64,000 nt of DNA from the human T2T-CHM13v2.0 reference genome, Homo sapiens. The stretch is from assembly GCF_009914755.1 (NCBI RefSeq), contig NC_060948.1; one strand, 5' to 3'. Under the pieces are notes generated by a model. That model worked only from the letters and a program-made list of their open reading frames with translations. It had not been told where the DNA came from and made no database searches. A program made the translations under genes and the position numbers. The stretch's first letter is position 1, and each line of letters starts with the position of its first letter. This document shows, piece after piece, positions 33,401-48,400 of the stretch.

Positions 33401-36400
33401 ATCAAAAGGAATGTAATCGAATGGATTGGACTGGAATGCAATGGACTCGAATAGATTGGAAACGGAAAGCAAAGGAATGGAATGGAATAGTATGGAATGG
33501 AATGGAAAGGAATGGAGTGGAATAGACTAGAGTGGAATGGAATGGACTGGAAAGCAATGGACTGGAATGGAACTTTCTTGAATGGACTGGAATCAAACGG
33601 AATGGAATGCAATGCAATCAAATGGCATGGAATAAAATAGAATGAAAGAGAATCAAATGGAATTGAATCGAATGGAATCGAATGGATTGGAAAGGAATAG
33701 AATGGAATGGAACGGAATTGACTCAAATGGAATGGACTAGAATGGAATGGATTCGAATGGAAGGCAAAGGAATGGAATCTATTGGAATGGACTGTAATGG
33801 AATGGAATGGAAGGGATTGGAATGGACTCGAATGGAATGGACTGCAATAGAAAGGATTCGAATGGAATGAAAAAGAATTGAATGGAATAGAACAGAATGG
33901 AATCAAATCGAATGAAATGGAATGGAATAGAAAGGAATGGAATGAAATGAAATGGAAAGGATTCGAATGGAATGCAATCGAATGGAATGTAATCGAATGG
34001 AATGGAATCGAACGGAATGGAATAAAATGGAAGAAAACTGGCAAGAAATGGAGTCGAAATGAATGGAGTGTTATGGAACGGACTCAAAAGGAATTGAATG
34101 TAATAGAATGGAGTGGAGTGGACTCGAATATAATGGACTGGAATTGAATGAAATCACATGGAATGGGAACGAATGGAATGGAATGGAAAGGAATGGAATG
34201 GAATGGAAAGGAATCGAATGGAAGGGAATGAAATTGAATCAACAGGAATGGAAGGGAGTAGAATAGACGGTAATGGAATGGACTCGAATAGAATGGACAC
34301 GAATGCTCAAATTGAATGGACTCGAATGGAATGGAAACGAAAGGAATGTCATCGAATGGAATTGAATCGATTGGAATGAAATCACATAGAATGGAGTGGA
34401 ATCAAATGGAATTGAATCGAAAGGAAAGGAAGCGAATGGACTGAAATGAAATGGAATGGAATTGAATGGAAATTAATGCAATGGAATAGAATGGAACGAA
34501 ATTTCACGGAATGGAATCAAACTGAATGGAATCAAATCAATGGAATATAATCAAATGGAATGGAAAGGAATTGAATGGAGTAGATTGGATTGGATGGGAT
34601 TGGAATGAAATGTACTGGAAAGGACTCGAATTTCATGAAACGGAATGGAATGAATTAGAACGGAATGGACTCAAATGGAATGGAATGTCATGGAATGGCA
34701 TCTAATGGAATGGAATCGAATGCGATGGAATGCTATGGAATGGAATGGAATGCATTGGAATGGAATGTCCTCTAATGGAATGTATTCGAGTGGAATGGAA
34801 TCGAATATAATGGAGTCTAATGAAATGGAATTGAAAGGAATAGGACCGAATACAATGGAATATACTGGAATGTAATGTAATGAACTCGAATGTAATTGAC
34901 TGGAATGGAATGTACATGAATGGAATGTAATCGAATGGAAAGCAATCCAATGGAATAGAATCTAATGCAATAAAATCGACTCAAATAGAGTAGAATGTAA
35001 TGGAATGGAGTGCAGTGCAATGGAATGGAATGGAATGGAATGCAATGGAATGGAATGGAATGGAATGGAATGGTATGGAATGGATAGTAATGGACTGGAG
35101 TGAAATGGACTGGAAAAGAATGGACTCAAATTGAAAGGGCTCGAAAGGAATGGAGTCAAATGGAATGGTCTGGAATGGAATGAACACGAATGCAATGCAA
35201 TCCAATAGAATGGAATCGAATGGCATGGAATATAAAGAAATGGAATCGAAGAGAATGGAAACAAATGGAATGGAATTGAATGGAATGGAATTGAATGCAA
35301 TGGGAACGAATGGAGTGAAATTGTATGCAGTAGAAGAGAATAGAATGGAATGCAAGCGAAAGGAAAGGAATGGATTGGAATGGAATGGAATTCATTGGAA
35401 TGGAAGGGAATGTAGTGTAATGGACAGGCCTGGAATAAAGTGGAATGCTACGGTCTCGAATGGAATAAAAATGTATGGAATGGAATGCAATGAAACGGAA
35501 TCGAATGTCATAGAATGTAGTGGAATGCAAAAAAATGGACTCCAAAATCATTGACTGGAAAGGCTGGGTGTCGAAAGGAATTGACTCCAATGGAATGGAA
35601 TCGAATGGAATGGAAGTGAATAGAATCGAACTAAATCGAATGGAATGGAATTGATTGGAATGGAATTGTTAGGAACGGAATGGAAAGGAATGCAATGATT
35701 TGGCATGGAATGGAATCGAATGGCATCGAATGGATTGGAATGGAATGCAATGGAATGGAATGTATTAGAATGTAATGAACTTTAATGGAATGTACTCGAA
35801 TGGATTCGACTGGAATGGAATGTTCTCGAAGTGAATGGACTCCAATGGAATGGATTCGAAAGGAATGGAATCTAATGGAATGGAATTAAATGGAAATGAA
35901 TCAAATTGAATAGAACGGAATTGAATTGAATGGAATCGAATGCAATGGAATCTAATGAAACGGAAAGGAAAGGAATGGAATGGATTGGAATGGAATGGGC
36001 TGGAATGGAATGGAATCGAAACGAATGGAATGGAATCGAACTGAAGAGACTGGAATGGAATGCACTGGAATGGAAGGGAATGTAATGGAAGGTTCTCGAA
36101 AAAAATGGAATCGAAAGGAATGGAATTGAATGGAACGGAATAGAGTCGAATGGAATTCAATGGAATGGAATGGACTAGAGTGAAATGGAATCGAACCACA
36201 AGGAATGGACAGGAATAGAATGGTCTCGAATTGAATGGAATCGTATGGAATGGCATCAATCGGAATGGAATGGACAGCCACGGAATGGAATGGACAGCCA
36301 CGGAATGGAATGCACTCGAATGCAATGGAGTCGACACTAATGGACTGGAATAGAATGGACTCGACTGATACGGACTCCAATGGAATGGAATCGAATGGAA

Positions 36401-39400
36401 GGGAATCGAACGGAATGGACTCGAAGGGAAAAGACTGCAATGGAAAGGTCTCCAATGGAATGGAAATTAATGGAATGGAATGGAATCGAATGAAATGGAG
36501 TCAAAAGGAATGGAATCGAATGGCAAGAAATCGAATGTAATGGAATCGCAAGGAATTGATGTGAACGGAACGGAATGGAATGGAATCCAAAGGAATGGAA
36601 TAGAATGGAATGGAATCGAATGGAAAGGACTCGAATGGAAATCACTCGAATAGAATGCAATTTAATAAAATAGGATCAAATGTAATGGAATGGAATGGAA
36701 AGGAATCGAAACGAAAGGAATGGAGACAGATGGAATGGAATGGAACAGAGAGCAATGGTATAGAATGGAATGGAATCATCTGGAATGGAATTGAATGGAA
36801 TGGAATAATATGAAATGGAAAGGAATGGAATGGAATGCCCTTGAATTAAATGGACTGGAATGGAATGGACTCGAACAGAGTGGAATGGAAAGTGTTGAAA
36901 TAGAATGGAATGGACTCGTTTGGAATGGTCTAGTATGCAATGCAATCGACTGGCAGGGAATCAAAAGGAATGTAATAGAATGGATTGAACTGGAATGCAA
37001 TGGACTCGAATAGATTGGAAACGGAAAGCAAAGGAATGGAATGGAATAGTATGGAATGGAATGGAAAGGAATGGAGTGGAATAGACTAGAGTGGAATGGA
37101 ATGGACTCGAAAGCAATGGAGTGGAATGGAACTTTCTTGAATGGACTGGAATCAAACGGAATGGAATGCAATGCAATCAAATGGCATGGAATAAAATAGA
37201 ATGAAAGAGAATCAAATGGAATTGAATCGAATGGAATCGAATGGATTGGAAAGGAATAGAATGGAATGGAATGGAATTGACTCAAATGGAATGGACTAGA
37301 ATGGAATGGATTCGAATGGAAGGCAAAGGAATGGAATCTATTGGAATGGACTGTAATGGAATGGAATGGAAGGGATTGGAATGGACTCGAATGGAATGGA
37401 GTGCAATAGAAAGGATTCGAATGGAAGGAAAAAGAATTGAATGGAATAGAACAGAATGGAATCAAATCGAATGAAATGGAATGGAATAGAAAGAAATGGA
37501 ATGAAATGGAATGGAAAGGATTCGAATGGAATGCAATCAAATGGAATGGAATCGAACGGAATGGAATAAAATGGAAGAAAACTGGCAAGAAATGGAGTCG
37601 AAATGAATGGAGTGTTATGGAACCGACTCAAAAGGAATTGAATGTAATAGAATGGAGTGGAGTGGACTCGAATATAATGGACTGGAATGGAATGAAATCA
37701 CATGGAATGGGAACGAATGGAATGGAATGGAAAGGAATGGAATCCAATGGAAAGGAATCGAATGGAAGGGAATGAAATTGAATCAACAGGAATGGAAGGG
37801 AGTAGAATAGACGGTAATGGAATGGACTCGAATAGAATGGACACGAATGCTCAAATTGAATGGACTCGAATGGAATGGAAACGAAAGGAATGTCATCGAA
37901 TGGAATTGAATCGATTGGAATGAAATCACATAGAATGGAGTGGAATCAAATGGAATTGAATCGAAAGGAAAGGAAGCGAATGGACTGAAATGAAATGGAA
38001 TGGAATTGAATGGAAAGTAATGCAATGGAATAGAATGGAACGAAATTTCACGGAATGGAATCAAACTGAATGGAATCAAATCAATGGAATCAAATCAAAT
38101 GGAATGGAAAGGAATTGAATGGAGTAGATTGGATTGGATGGGATTGGAATGAAATGTACTGGAAAGGACTCGAATTTCATGAAACGGAATGGAGTGAATT
38201 AGAACGGAATGGACTCGAATGGAATGGAATGTCATGGAATGGCATCAAATGGAATGGAATCGAATGCGATGGAATGCTATGGAATGGAATGGAATGCATT
38301 GGAATGGAATGTCCTCTAATGGAATGTATTCGAGTGGAATGGAATCGAATATAATGGAGTCTAATGAAATGGAATTGAAAGGAATGGGACCGAATACAAT
38401 GGAATATACTGGAATGTAATGTAATGAACTCGAATGTAATTGACTGGAATGGAATGTACATGAATGGAATGTAATCGAATGGAAAGCAATCCAATGGAAT
38501 AGAATCTAATGCAATAAAATCGACTCAAATAGAGTAGAATGTAATGGAATGGAGTGCAGTGCAATGGAATGGAATGGAATGGAATGCAATGGAATGGAAT
38601 GGAATGGAATGGAATGGGATGGAATGGTGTGGAATGGATAGTAATGGACTGGAGTGAAATGGACTGGAAAAGAATGGACTCAAATTGAAAGGGCTCGAAA
38701 GGAATGGAGTCAAATGGAATGGTCTGGAATGGAATGAACACGAATGTAATGCAATCCAATAGAATGGAATCGAATGGCATGGAATATAAAGAAATGGAAT
38801 CGAAGAGATTGGAAACAAATGGAATGGAATTGAATGGAATGGAATTGAATGGAATGGGAACGAATGGAGTGAAATTGTATGCAGTAGAAGAGAATAGAAT
38901 GGAATGCAAGCGAAAGGAAAGGAATGGATTGGAATGGAATGGAATTCATTGGAATGGAAGGGAATGTAGTGTAATGGACAGGCCTGGAATAAAGTGGAAT
39001 GCTACGGTCTCGAATGGAATAAAAATGTATGGAATGGAATGCAATGAAACGGAATCGAATGTCATAGAATGTAATGCAATGCAAAAAAATGGACTCCAAA
39101 ATCATTGACTGGAAAGGCTGGGTGTCGAAAGGAATTGACTCCAATGGAATGGAATCGAATGGAATGGAAGTGAATAGAATGGAACTAAATCGAATGGAAT
39201 GGAATTGATAGGAACGGAATGGAAAGGAATGCAATGATTTGGCATGGAATGGAATCGAATGGCATCGAATGGAATGGAATGGAATGCAATGGAATGGAAT
39301 GTATTAGAATGTAATGAACTTTAATGGAATGTACTCGAATGGATTCGACTGGAATGGAATGTTCTCGAAGTGAATGGACTCCAATGGAATGGATTCGAAA

Positions 39401-42400
39401 GGAATGGAATCTAATTGAATGGAATTAAATGGAAATGAATCAAATTGAATAGAACGGAATTGAATTGAATGGAATCGAATGCAATGGAATCTAATGAAAC
39501 GGAAAGGAAAGGAATGGAATGGATTGGAATGGAATGGGCTGGAATGGAATGGAATCGAAACGAATGGAATGGAATCGAACTGAAGAGACTGGAATGGAAT
39601 GCACTGGAATGGAAGGGAATATAATGGAAGGTTCTCGAAAAAAATGGAATCGAAAGGAATGGAATTGAATGGAACGGAATAGAGTCGAATGGAATTCAAT
39701 GGAATGGAATGGACTAGAGTGAAATGGAATCGAACCACAAGGAATTGACAGGAATAGAATGGTCTCGAATTGAATGGAATCATATGGAATGGCATCAAAC
39801 GGAATGGAATGGACAGCCACGGAATGGAATGGACACCCACGGAATGGAATGCACTCGAATGCAATGGAGTCGACACTAATGGACTGGAATAGAATGGACT
39901 CGACTGGTACGGACTCCAATGGAATGGAATCGAATGGAAGGGAATCGAACGGAATGGACTCGAAGGGAAAAGACTGCAATGGAAAGGTCTCCAATGGAAT
40001 GGAAATTAATGGAATGGAATGGAATCGAATGAAATGGAGTCAAAAGGAATGGAATCGAATGGCAAGAAATCGAATGTAATGGAATCGCAAGGAATTGATG
40101 TGAACGGAACGGAATGGAATGGAATCCAAAGGAATGGAATAGAATGGAATGGAATCGAATGGAAAGGACTCGAATGGAAATCACTCGAATAGAATGCAAT
40201 TTAATAAAATAGGATCAAATGTAATGGAATGGAATGGAAAGGAATCGAAACGAAAGGAATGGAGACAGATGGAATGGAATGGAACAGAGAGCAATGGTAT
40301 AGAATGGAATGGAATCATCTGGAATGGAATTGAATGGAATGGAATAATATGAAATGGAATGGAATGGAATGGAATGCCCTTGAATTAAATGGACTGGAAT
40401 GGAATGGACTCGAACAGAGTGGAATGGAAAGTGTTGAAATAGAATGGAATGGACTCGTTTGGAATGGTCTAGTATGCAATGCAATCGACTGGCAGGGAAT
40501 CAAAAGGAATGTAATCGAATGGATTGGACTGGAATGCAATGGACTCGAATAGATTGGAAACGGAAAGCAAAGGAATGGAATGGAATAGTATGGAATGGAA
40601 TGGAAAGGAATGGAGTGGAATAGACTAGAGTGGAATGGAATGGACTCGAAAGCAATGGACTGGAATGGAACTTTCTTGAATGGACTGGAATCAAACGGAA
40701 TGGAATGCAATGCAATCAAATGGCATGGAATAAAATAGAATGAAAGAGAATGAAATGGAATTGAATCGAATGGAATCGAATGGATTGGAAAGGAATAGAA
40801 TGGAATGGAATGGAATTGACTCAAATGGAATGGACTAGAATGGAATGGATTCGAATGGAAGGCAAAGGAATGGAATCTATTGGAATGGACTGTAATGGAA
40901 TGGAATGGAAGGGATTGGAATGGACTCGAATGGAATGGACTGCAATAGAAAGGATTCGAATGGAATGAAAAAGAATTGAATGGAATAAAACAGAATGGAA
41001 TCAAATCGAATGAAATGGAATGGAATAGAAAGGAATGGAATGAAATGGAATGGAAAGGATTCGAATGGAATGCAATCGAATGGAATGCAATCGAATGGAA
41101 TGGAATCGAACGGAATGGAATAAAATGGAAGAAAACTGGCAAGAAATGGAATCGAAATGAATGGAGTGTTATGGAACGGACTCAAAAGGAATTGAATGTA
41201 ATAGAATGGAGTGGAGTGGACTCGAATATAATGGACTGGAATGGAATGAAATCACATGGAATGGGAACGAATGGAATGGAATGGAAAGGAATGGAATCGA
41301 ATGGAAAGGAATCGAATGGAAGGGAATGAAATTGAATCAACAGGAATGGAAGGGAGTAGAATAGACGGTAATGGAATGGACTCGAATAGAATGGACACGA
41401 ATGCTCAAATTGAATGGACTCGAATGGAATGGAAACGAAAGGAATGTCATCGAATGGAATTGAATCGATTGGAATGAAATCACATAGAATGGAGTGGAAT
41501 CAAATGGAATTGAATCGAAAGGAAAGGAAGCGAATGGACTGAAATGAAATGGAATGTAATTGAATGGAAATTAATGCAATGGAATAGAATGGAACGAAAT
41601 TTCACGGAATGGAATCAAACTGAATGGAATCAAATCAATGGAATATAATCAAATGGAATGGAAAGGAATTGAATGGAGTAGATTGGATTGGATGGGATTG
41701 GAATGAAATGTACTGGAAATGACTCGAATTTCATGAAACGGAATGGAATGAATTAGAATGGAATGGACTCGAATGGAATGGAATGTCATGGAATGGCATC
41801 AAATGGAATGGAATCGAATGCGATGGAATGCTATGGAATGGAATGGAATGCATTGGAATGGAATGTCCCCTAATGGAATGTATTCGAGTGGAATGGAATC
41901 GAATATAATGGAGTCTAATGAAAGGGAATTGAAAGGAATGGGACCGAATACAATGGAATATACTGGAATGTAATGTAATGAACTCGAATGTAATTGACTG
42001 GAATGGAATGTACATGAATGGAATGTAATCGAATGGAAAGCAATCCAATGGAATAGAATCTAATGCAATAAAATCGACTCAAATATAGTAGAATGTAATG
42101 GAATGGAGTGCAGTGCAATGGAATGGAATGGAATGGAATGCAATGGAATGGAATGGAATGGAATGGAATGGGATTGAATGGTATGGAATGGATAGTAATG
42201 GACTGGAGTGAAATGGACTGGAAAAGAATGGACACAAATTGAAAGGGCTCGAAAGGAATGGAGTCAAATGGAATGGTCTGGAATGGAATGAACACGAATG
42301 TAATGCAATCCAATAGAATGGAATCGAATGGCATGGAATATAAAGAAATGGAATCGAAGAGAATGGAAACAAATGGAATGGAATTGAATGGAATGGAATT

Positions 42401-45400
42401 GAATGGAATGGGAACGAATGGAGTGAAATTGTATGCAGTAGAAGAGAATAGAATGGAATGCAAGCGAAAGGAAAGGAATGGATTGGAATGGAATGGAATT
42501 CATTGGAATGGAAGGGAATGTAGTGTAATGGACAGGCCTGGAATAAAGTGGAATGCTACGGTCTCGAATGGAATAAAAATGTATGGAATGGAATGCAATG
42601 AAACGGAATCGAATGTCATAGAATGTAATGGAATGCAAAAAAATGGACTCCAAAATCATTGACTGGAAAGGCTGGGTGTCGAAAGCAATTGACTCCAATG
42701 GAATGGAATCGAAAGGAATGGAAGTGAATAGAATGGAACTAAACCGAATGGAATGGAATTGATAGGAACGGAATGGAAAGGAATGCAATGATTTGGCATG
42801 GAATGGAATCGAATGGCATCGAATGGAATGGAATGGAATGCAATGGAATGGAATGTATTAGAATGTAATGAACTTTAATGGAATGTACTCGAATGGATTC
42901 GACTGGAATGGAATGTTCTCGAAGTGAATGGACTCCAATGGAATGGATTCGAAAGGAATGGAATCTAATGGAATGGAATTAAATGGAAATGAATCAAATT
43001 GAATAGAACGGAATTGAATTGAATGGAATCGAATGCAATGGAATCTAATGAAACGGAAAGGAAAGGAATGGAATGGATTGGAATGGAATGGGCTGGAATG
43101 GAATGGAATCGAAACGAATGGAATGGAATCGAACTGAAGAGACTGGAATGGAATGCACTGGAATGGAAGGGAATGTAATGGAAGGTTCTCGAAAAAAATG
43201 GAATCGAAAGGAATGGAATTGAATGGAACGGAATAGAGTCGAATGGAATTCAATGGAATGGAATGGACTAGAGTGAAATGGAATCGTACCACAAGGAATG
43301 GACAGGAATAGAATGTTCTCGAATTGAATGGAATCGTATGGAATGGCATCAGTCGGAATGGAATGGACAGCCACGGAATGGAATGGACACCCACGGAATG
43401 GAATGCACTCGAATGCAATGTAGTCGACACTAATGGACTGGAATAGAATGGACTCGACTGATACGGACTCCAATGGAATGGAATCGAATGGAAGGGAATC
43501 GAACGGAATGGACTCGAAGGGAAAAGACTGCAATGGAAAGGTCTCCAATGGAATGGAAATTAATGGAATGGAATGGAATCGAATGAAATGGAGTCAAAAG
43601 GAATGGAATCGAATGGCAAGAAATCGAATGTAATGGAATCGCAAGGAATTGATGTGAACGGAACGGAATGGAATGGAATCCAAAGGAATGGAATAGAATG
43701 GAATGGAATCGAATGGAAAGGACTCGAATGGAAATCACTCGAATAGAATGCAATTTAATAAAATAGGATCAAATGTAATGGAATGGAATGGAAAGGAATC
43801 GAAACGAAAGGAATGGAGACAGATGGAATGGAATGGAACAGAGAGCAATGGTATAGAATGGAATGGAATCATCTGGAATGGAATTGAATGGAATGGAATA
43901 ATATGAAATGGAAAGGAATGGAATGGAATGCCCTTGAATTAAATGGACTGGAATGGAATGGACTCGAACAGAGTGGAATGGAAAGTGTTGAAATAGAATG
44001 GAATGGACTCGTTTGGAATGGTCTAGTATGCAATGCAATCGACTGGCAGGGAATCAAAAGGAATGTAATCGAATGGATTGGACTGGAATGCAATGGACTC
44101 GAATAGATTGGAAACGGAAAGCAAAGGAATGGAATGGAATAGTATGGAATGGAATGGAAAGGAATGGAGTGGAATAGACTAGAGTGGAATGGAATGGACT
44201 CGAAAGCAATGGAGTGGAATGGAACTTTCTTGAATGGACTGGAATCAAACGGAATGGAATGCAATGCAATCAAATGGCATGGAATAAAATAGAATGAAAG
44301 AGAATGAAATGGAATTGAATCGAATGGAATCGAATGGATTGGAAAGGAATAGAATGGAATGGAATGGAATTGACTCAAATGGAATGGACTAGAATGGAAT
44401 GGATTCGAATGGAAGGCAAAGGAATGGAATCTATTGGAATGGACTGTAATGGAATGGAATGGAAGGGATTGGAATGGACTCGAATGGAATGGACTGCAAT
44501 AGAAAGGATTCGAATGGAATGAAAAAGAATTGAATGGAATAGAACAGAATGGAATCAAATCGAATGAAATGGAATGGAATAGAAAGAAATGGAATGAAAT
44601 GAAATGGAAAGGATTCGAATGGAATGCAATCGAATGGAATGCAATCGAATGGAATGGAATCGAACGGAATGGAATAAAATGGAAGAAAACTGGCAAGAAA
44701 TGGAGTCGAAATGAATGGAGTGTTATGGAACCGAGTCAAAAGGAATTGAATGTAATAGAATGGAGTGGAGTGGACTCGAATATAATGGACTGGAATGGAA
44801 TGAAATCACATGGAATGGGAACGAATGGAATGGAATGGAAAGGAATGGAAACGAATGGAAAGGAATCGAATGGAAGGGAGTGAAATTGAATCAACAGGAA
44901 TGGAAGGGAGTAGAATAGACGGTAATGGAATGGACTCGAATAGAATGGACACGAATGCTCAAATTGAATGGACTCGAATGGAATGGAAACGAAAGGAATG
45001 TCATCGAATGGAATTGAATCGATTGGAATGAAATCGCATAGAATGGAGTGGAATCAAATGGAATTGAATCGAAAGGAAAGGAAGCGAATGGACTGAAATG
45101 AAATGGAATGGAATTGAATGGAAATTAATGCAATGGAATAGAATGGAACGAAATTTCACGGAATGGAATCAAACTGAATGGAATCAAATCAATGGAATAT
45201 AATCAAATGGAATGGAAAGGAATTGAATGGAGTAGATTGGATTGGATGGGATTGGAATGAAATGTACTGGAAAGGACTCGAATTTCACGAAACGGAATGG
45301 AATGAATTAGAACGGAATGGACTCGAATGGAATGGAATATCACGGAATGGCATCAAATGGAATGGAATCGAATGCGATGGAATGCTATGGAATGGAATGG

Positions 45401-48400
45401 AATGCATTGGAATGGAATGTCCTCTAATGGAATGTATTCGAGTGGAATGGAATCGAATATAATGGAGTCTAATGAAAGGGAATTGAAAGGAATGGGACCG
45501 AATACAATGGAATATACTGGAATGTAATGTAATGAACTCGAATGTAATTGACTGGAATGGAATGTACATGAATGGAATGTAATCGAATGGAAAGCAATCC
45601 AATGGAATAGAATCTAATGCAATAAAATCGACTCAAATAGAGTAGAATGTAATGGAATGGAGTGCAGTGCAATGGAATGGAATGGAATGTAATGCAATGG
45701 AATGGAATGGAATGGAATGGAATGGGATGGAATGGTATGGAATGGATAGTAATGGACTGGAGTGAAATGGACTGGAAAAGAATGGACTCAAATTGAAAGG
45801 GCTCGAAAGGAATGGAGTCAAATGGAATGGTCTGGAATGGAATGAACACGAATGTAATGCAATCCAATAGAATGGAATCGAATGGCATGGAATATAAAGA
45901 AATGGAATCGAAGAGAATGGAAACAAATGGAATGGAATTGAATGGAATGGAATTGAATGGAATGGGAACGAATGGAGTGAAATTGTATGCAGTAGAAGAG
46001 AATAGAATGGAATGCAAGCGAAAGGAAAGGAATGGATTGGAATGGAATGGAATTCATTGGAATGGAAGGGAATGTAGTGTAATGGACAGGCCTGGAATAA
46101 AGTGGAATGCTACGGTCTCGAATGGAATAAAAATGTATGGAATGGAATGCAATGAAACGGAATCGAATGTCATAGAATGTAATGGAATGCAAAAAAATGG
46201 ACTCCAAAATCATTGACTGGAAAGGCTGGGTGTCGAAAGGAATTGACTCCAATGGAATGGAATCGAATGGAATGGAAGTGAATAGAATGGAACTAAATCG
46301 AATGGAATGGAATTGATAGGAACGGAATGGAAAGGAATGCAATGATTTGGCATGGAATGGAATCGAATGGCATCGAATGGAATGGAATGGAATGCAATGG
46401 AATGGAATGTATTAGAATGTAATGAACTTTAATGGAATGAACTCGAATGGATTCGACTGGAATGGAATGTTCTCGAAGTGAATGGACTCCAATGGAATGG
46501 ATTCGAAAGGAATGGAATCTAATGGAATGGAATTAAATGGAAATGAATCAAATTGAATAGAACGGAATTGAATTGAATGGAATCGAATGCAATGGAATCT
46601 AATGAAACGGAAAGGAAAGGAATGGAATGGATTGGAATGGAATGGGCTGGAATGGAATGGAATCGAAACGAATGGAATGGAATCGAACTGAAGAGACTGG
46701 AATGGAATGCACTGGAATGGAAGGGAATGTAATGGAAGGTTCTCGAAAAAAATGGAATCGAAAGGAATGGAATTGAATGGAACGGAATAGAGTCGAATGG
46801 AATTCAATGGAATGGAATGGACTAGAGTGAAATGGAATCGAACCACAAGGAATGGACAGGAATAGAATGGTCTCGAATTGAATGGAATCGTATGGAATGG
46901 CATCAAACGGAATGGAATGGACAGCCACGGAATGGAATGCACTCGAATGCAATGGAGTCGACACTAATGGACTGGAATAGAATGGACTCGACTGGTACGG
47001 ACTCCAATGGAATGGAATCGAATGGAAGGGAATCGAACGGAATGGACTCGAAGGGAAAAGACTGCAATGGAAAGGTCTCGAATGGAATGGAAATTAATGG
47101 AATGGAATGGAATCGAATGAAATGGAGTCAAAAGGAATGGAATCGAATGGCAAGAAATCGAATGTAATGGAATCACAAGGAATGGATGGGAATGGAACGG
47201 AATGGAATGGAATCCAAAGGAATGGAATAGAATGGAATGGAATCGAATGGAAAGGACTCGAATGGAAATCACTCGAATAGAATGCAATTTAATAAAATAG
47301 GATCAAATGTAATGGAATGGAATGGAAAGGAATCGAAACGAAAGGAATGGAGACAGATGGAATGGAATGGAACAGAGAGCAATGGTATAGAATGGAATGG
47401 AATCATCTGGAATGGAATTGAATGGAATGGAATAATATGAAATGGAATGGAATGGAATGGAATGCCCTTGAATTAAATGGACTGGAATGGAATGGACTCG
47501 AACAGAGTGGAATGGAAAGTGTTGAAATAGAATGGAATGGACTCCTTTGGAATGGTCTAGTATGCAATGCAATCGACTGGCAGAGAATCAAGAGGAATGT
47601 AATCGAATGGAAAGGACTGGAATGCAATGGAATCGAATAGATTGGAAACGGAATGCAAAGGAATGGAATGGAATAGTATGGAATGGAATGGAAAGGAATG
47701 GAGTGGAATAGACTAGAGTGGAATGGAATGGACTCGAAAGCAATGGACTGGAATGGAACTTTCTTGAATGGACTGGAATCAAACGGAATGGAATGCAATG
47801 CAATCAAATGGCATGGAATAAAATAGAATGAAAGAGAATCAAACGGAATTGAATCGAATGGAATCGAATGGATTGGAAAGGAATAGAATGGAATGGAATG
47901 GAATTGACTCAAATGGAATGGACTAGAATGGAATGGATTCGAATGGAAGGCAAAGGAATGGAATCTATTGGAATGGACTGTAATGGAATGGAATGTAAGG
48001 GATTGGAATGGACTCAAATGGAATGGACTGCAATAGAAAGGATTCGAATGGAATGAAAAAGAATTGAATGGAATAAAACAGAATGGAATCAAATCGAATG
48101 AAATGGAATGGAATAGAAAGGAATGGAAAGGATTCGAATGGAATGCAATCGAATGGAATGCAATCGAATGGAATGGAATCGAACGGAATGGAATAAAATG
48201 GAAGAAAACTGGCAAGAAATGGAATCGAAATGAATGGAAGTGTTATGGAACGGACTCATAAGGAATTGAATGTAATAGAATGGAGTGGAGTGGACTCGAA
48301 TATAATGGACTGGAATGGAATGAAATCACATGGAATGGGAACGAATGGAATGGAATGGAAAGGAATGGAATCGAATGGAAAGGAATTGAATGGAAGGGAA

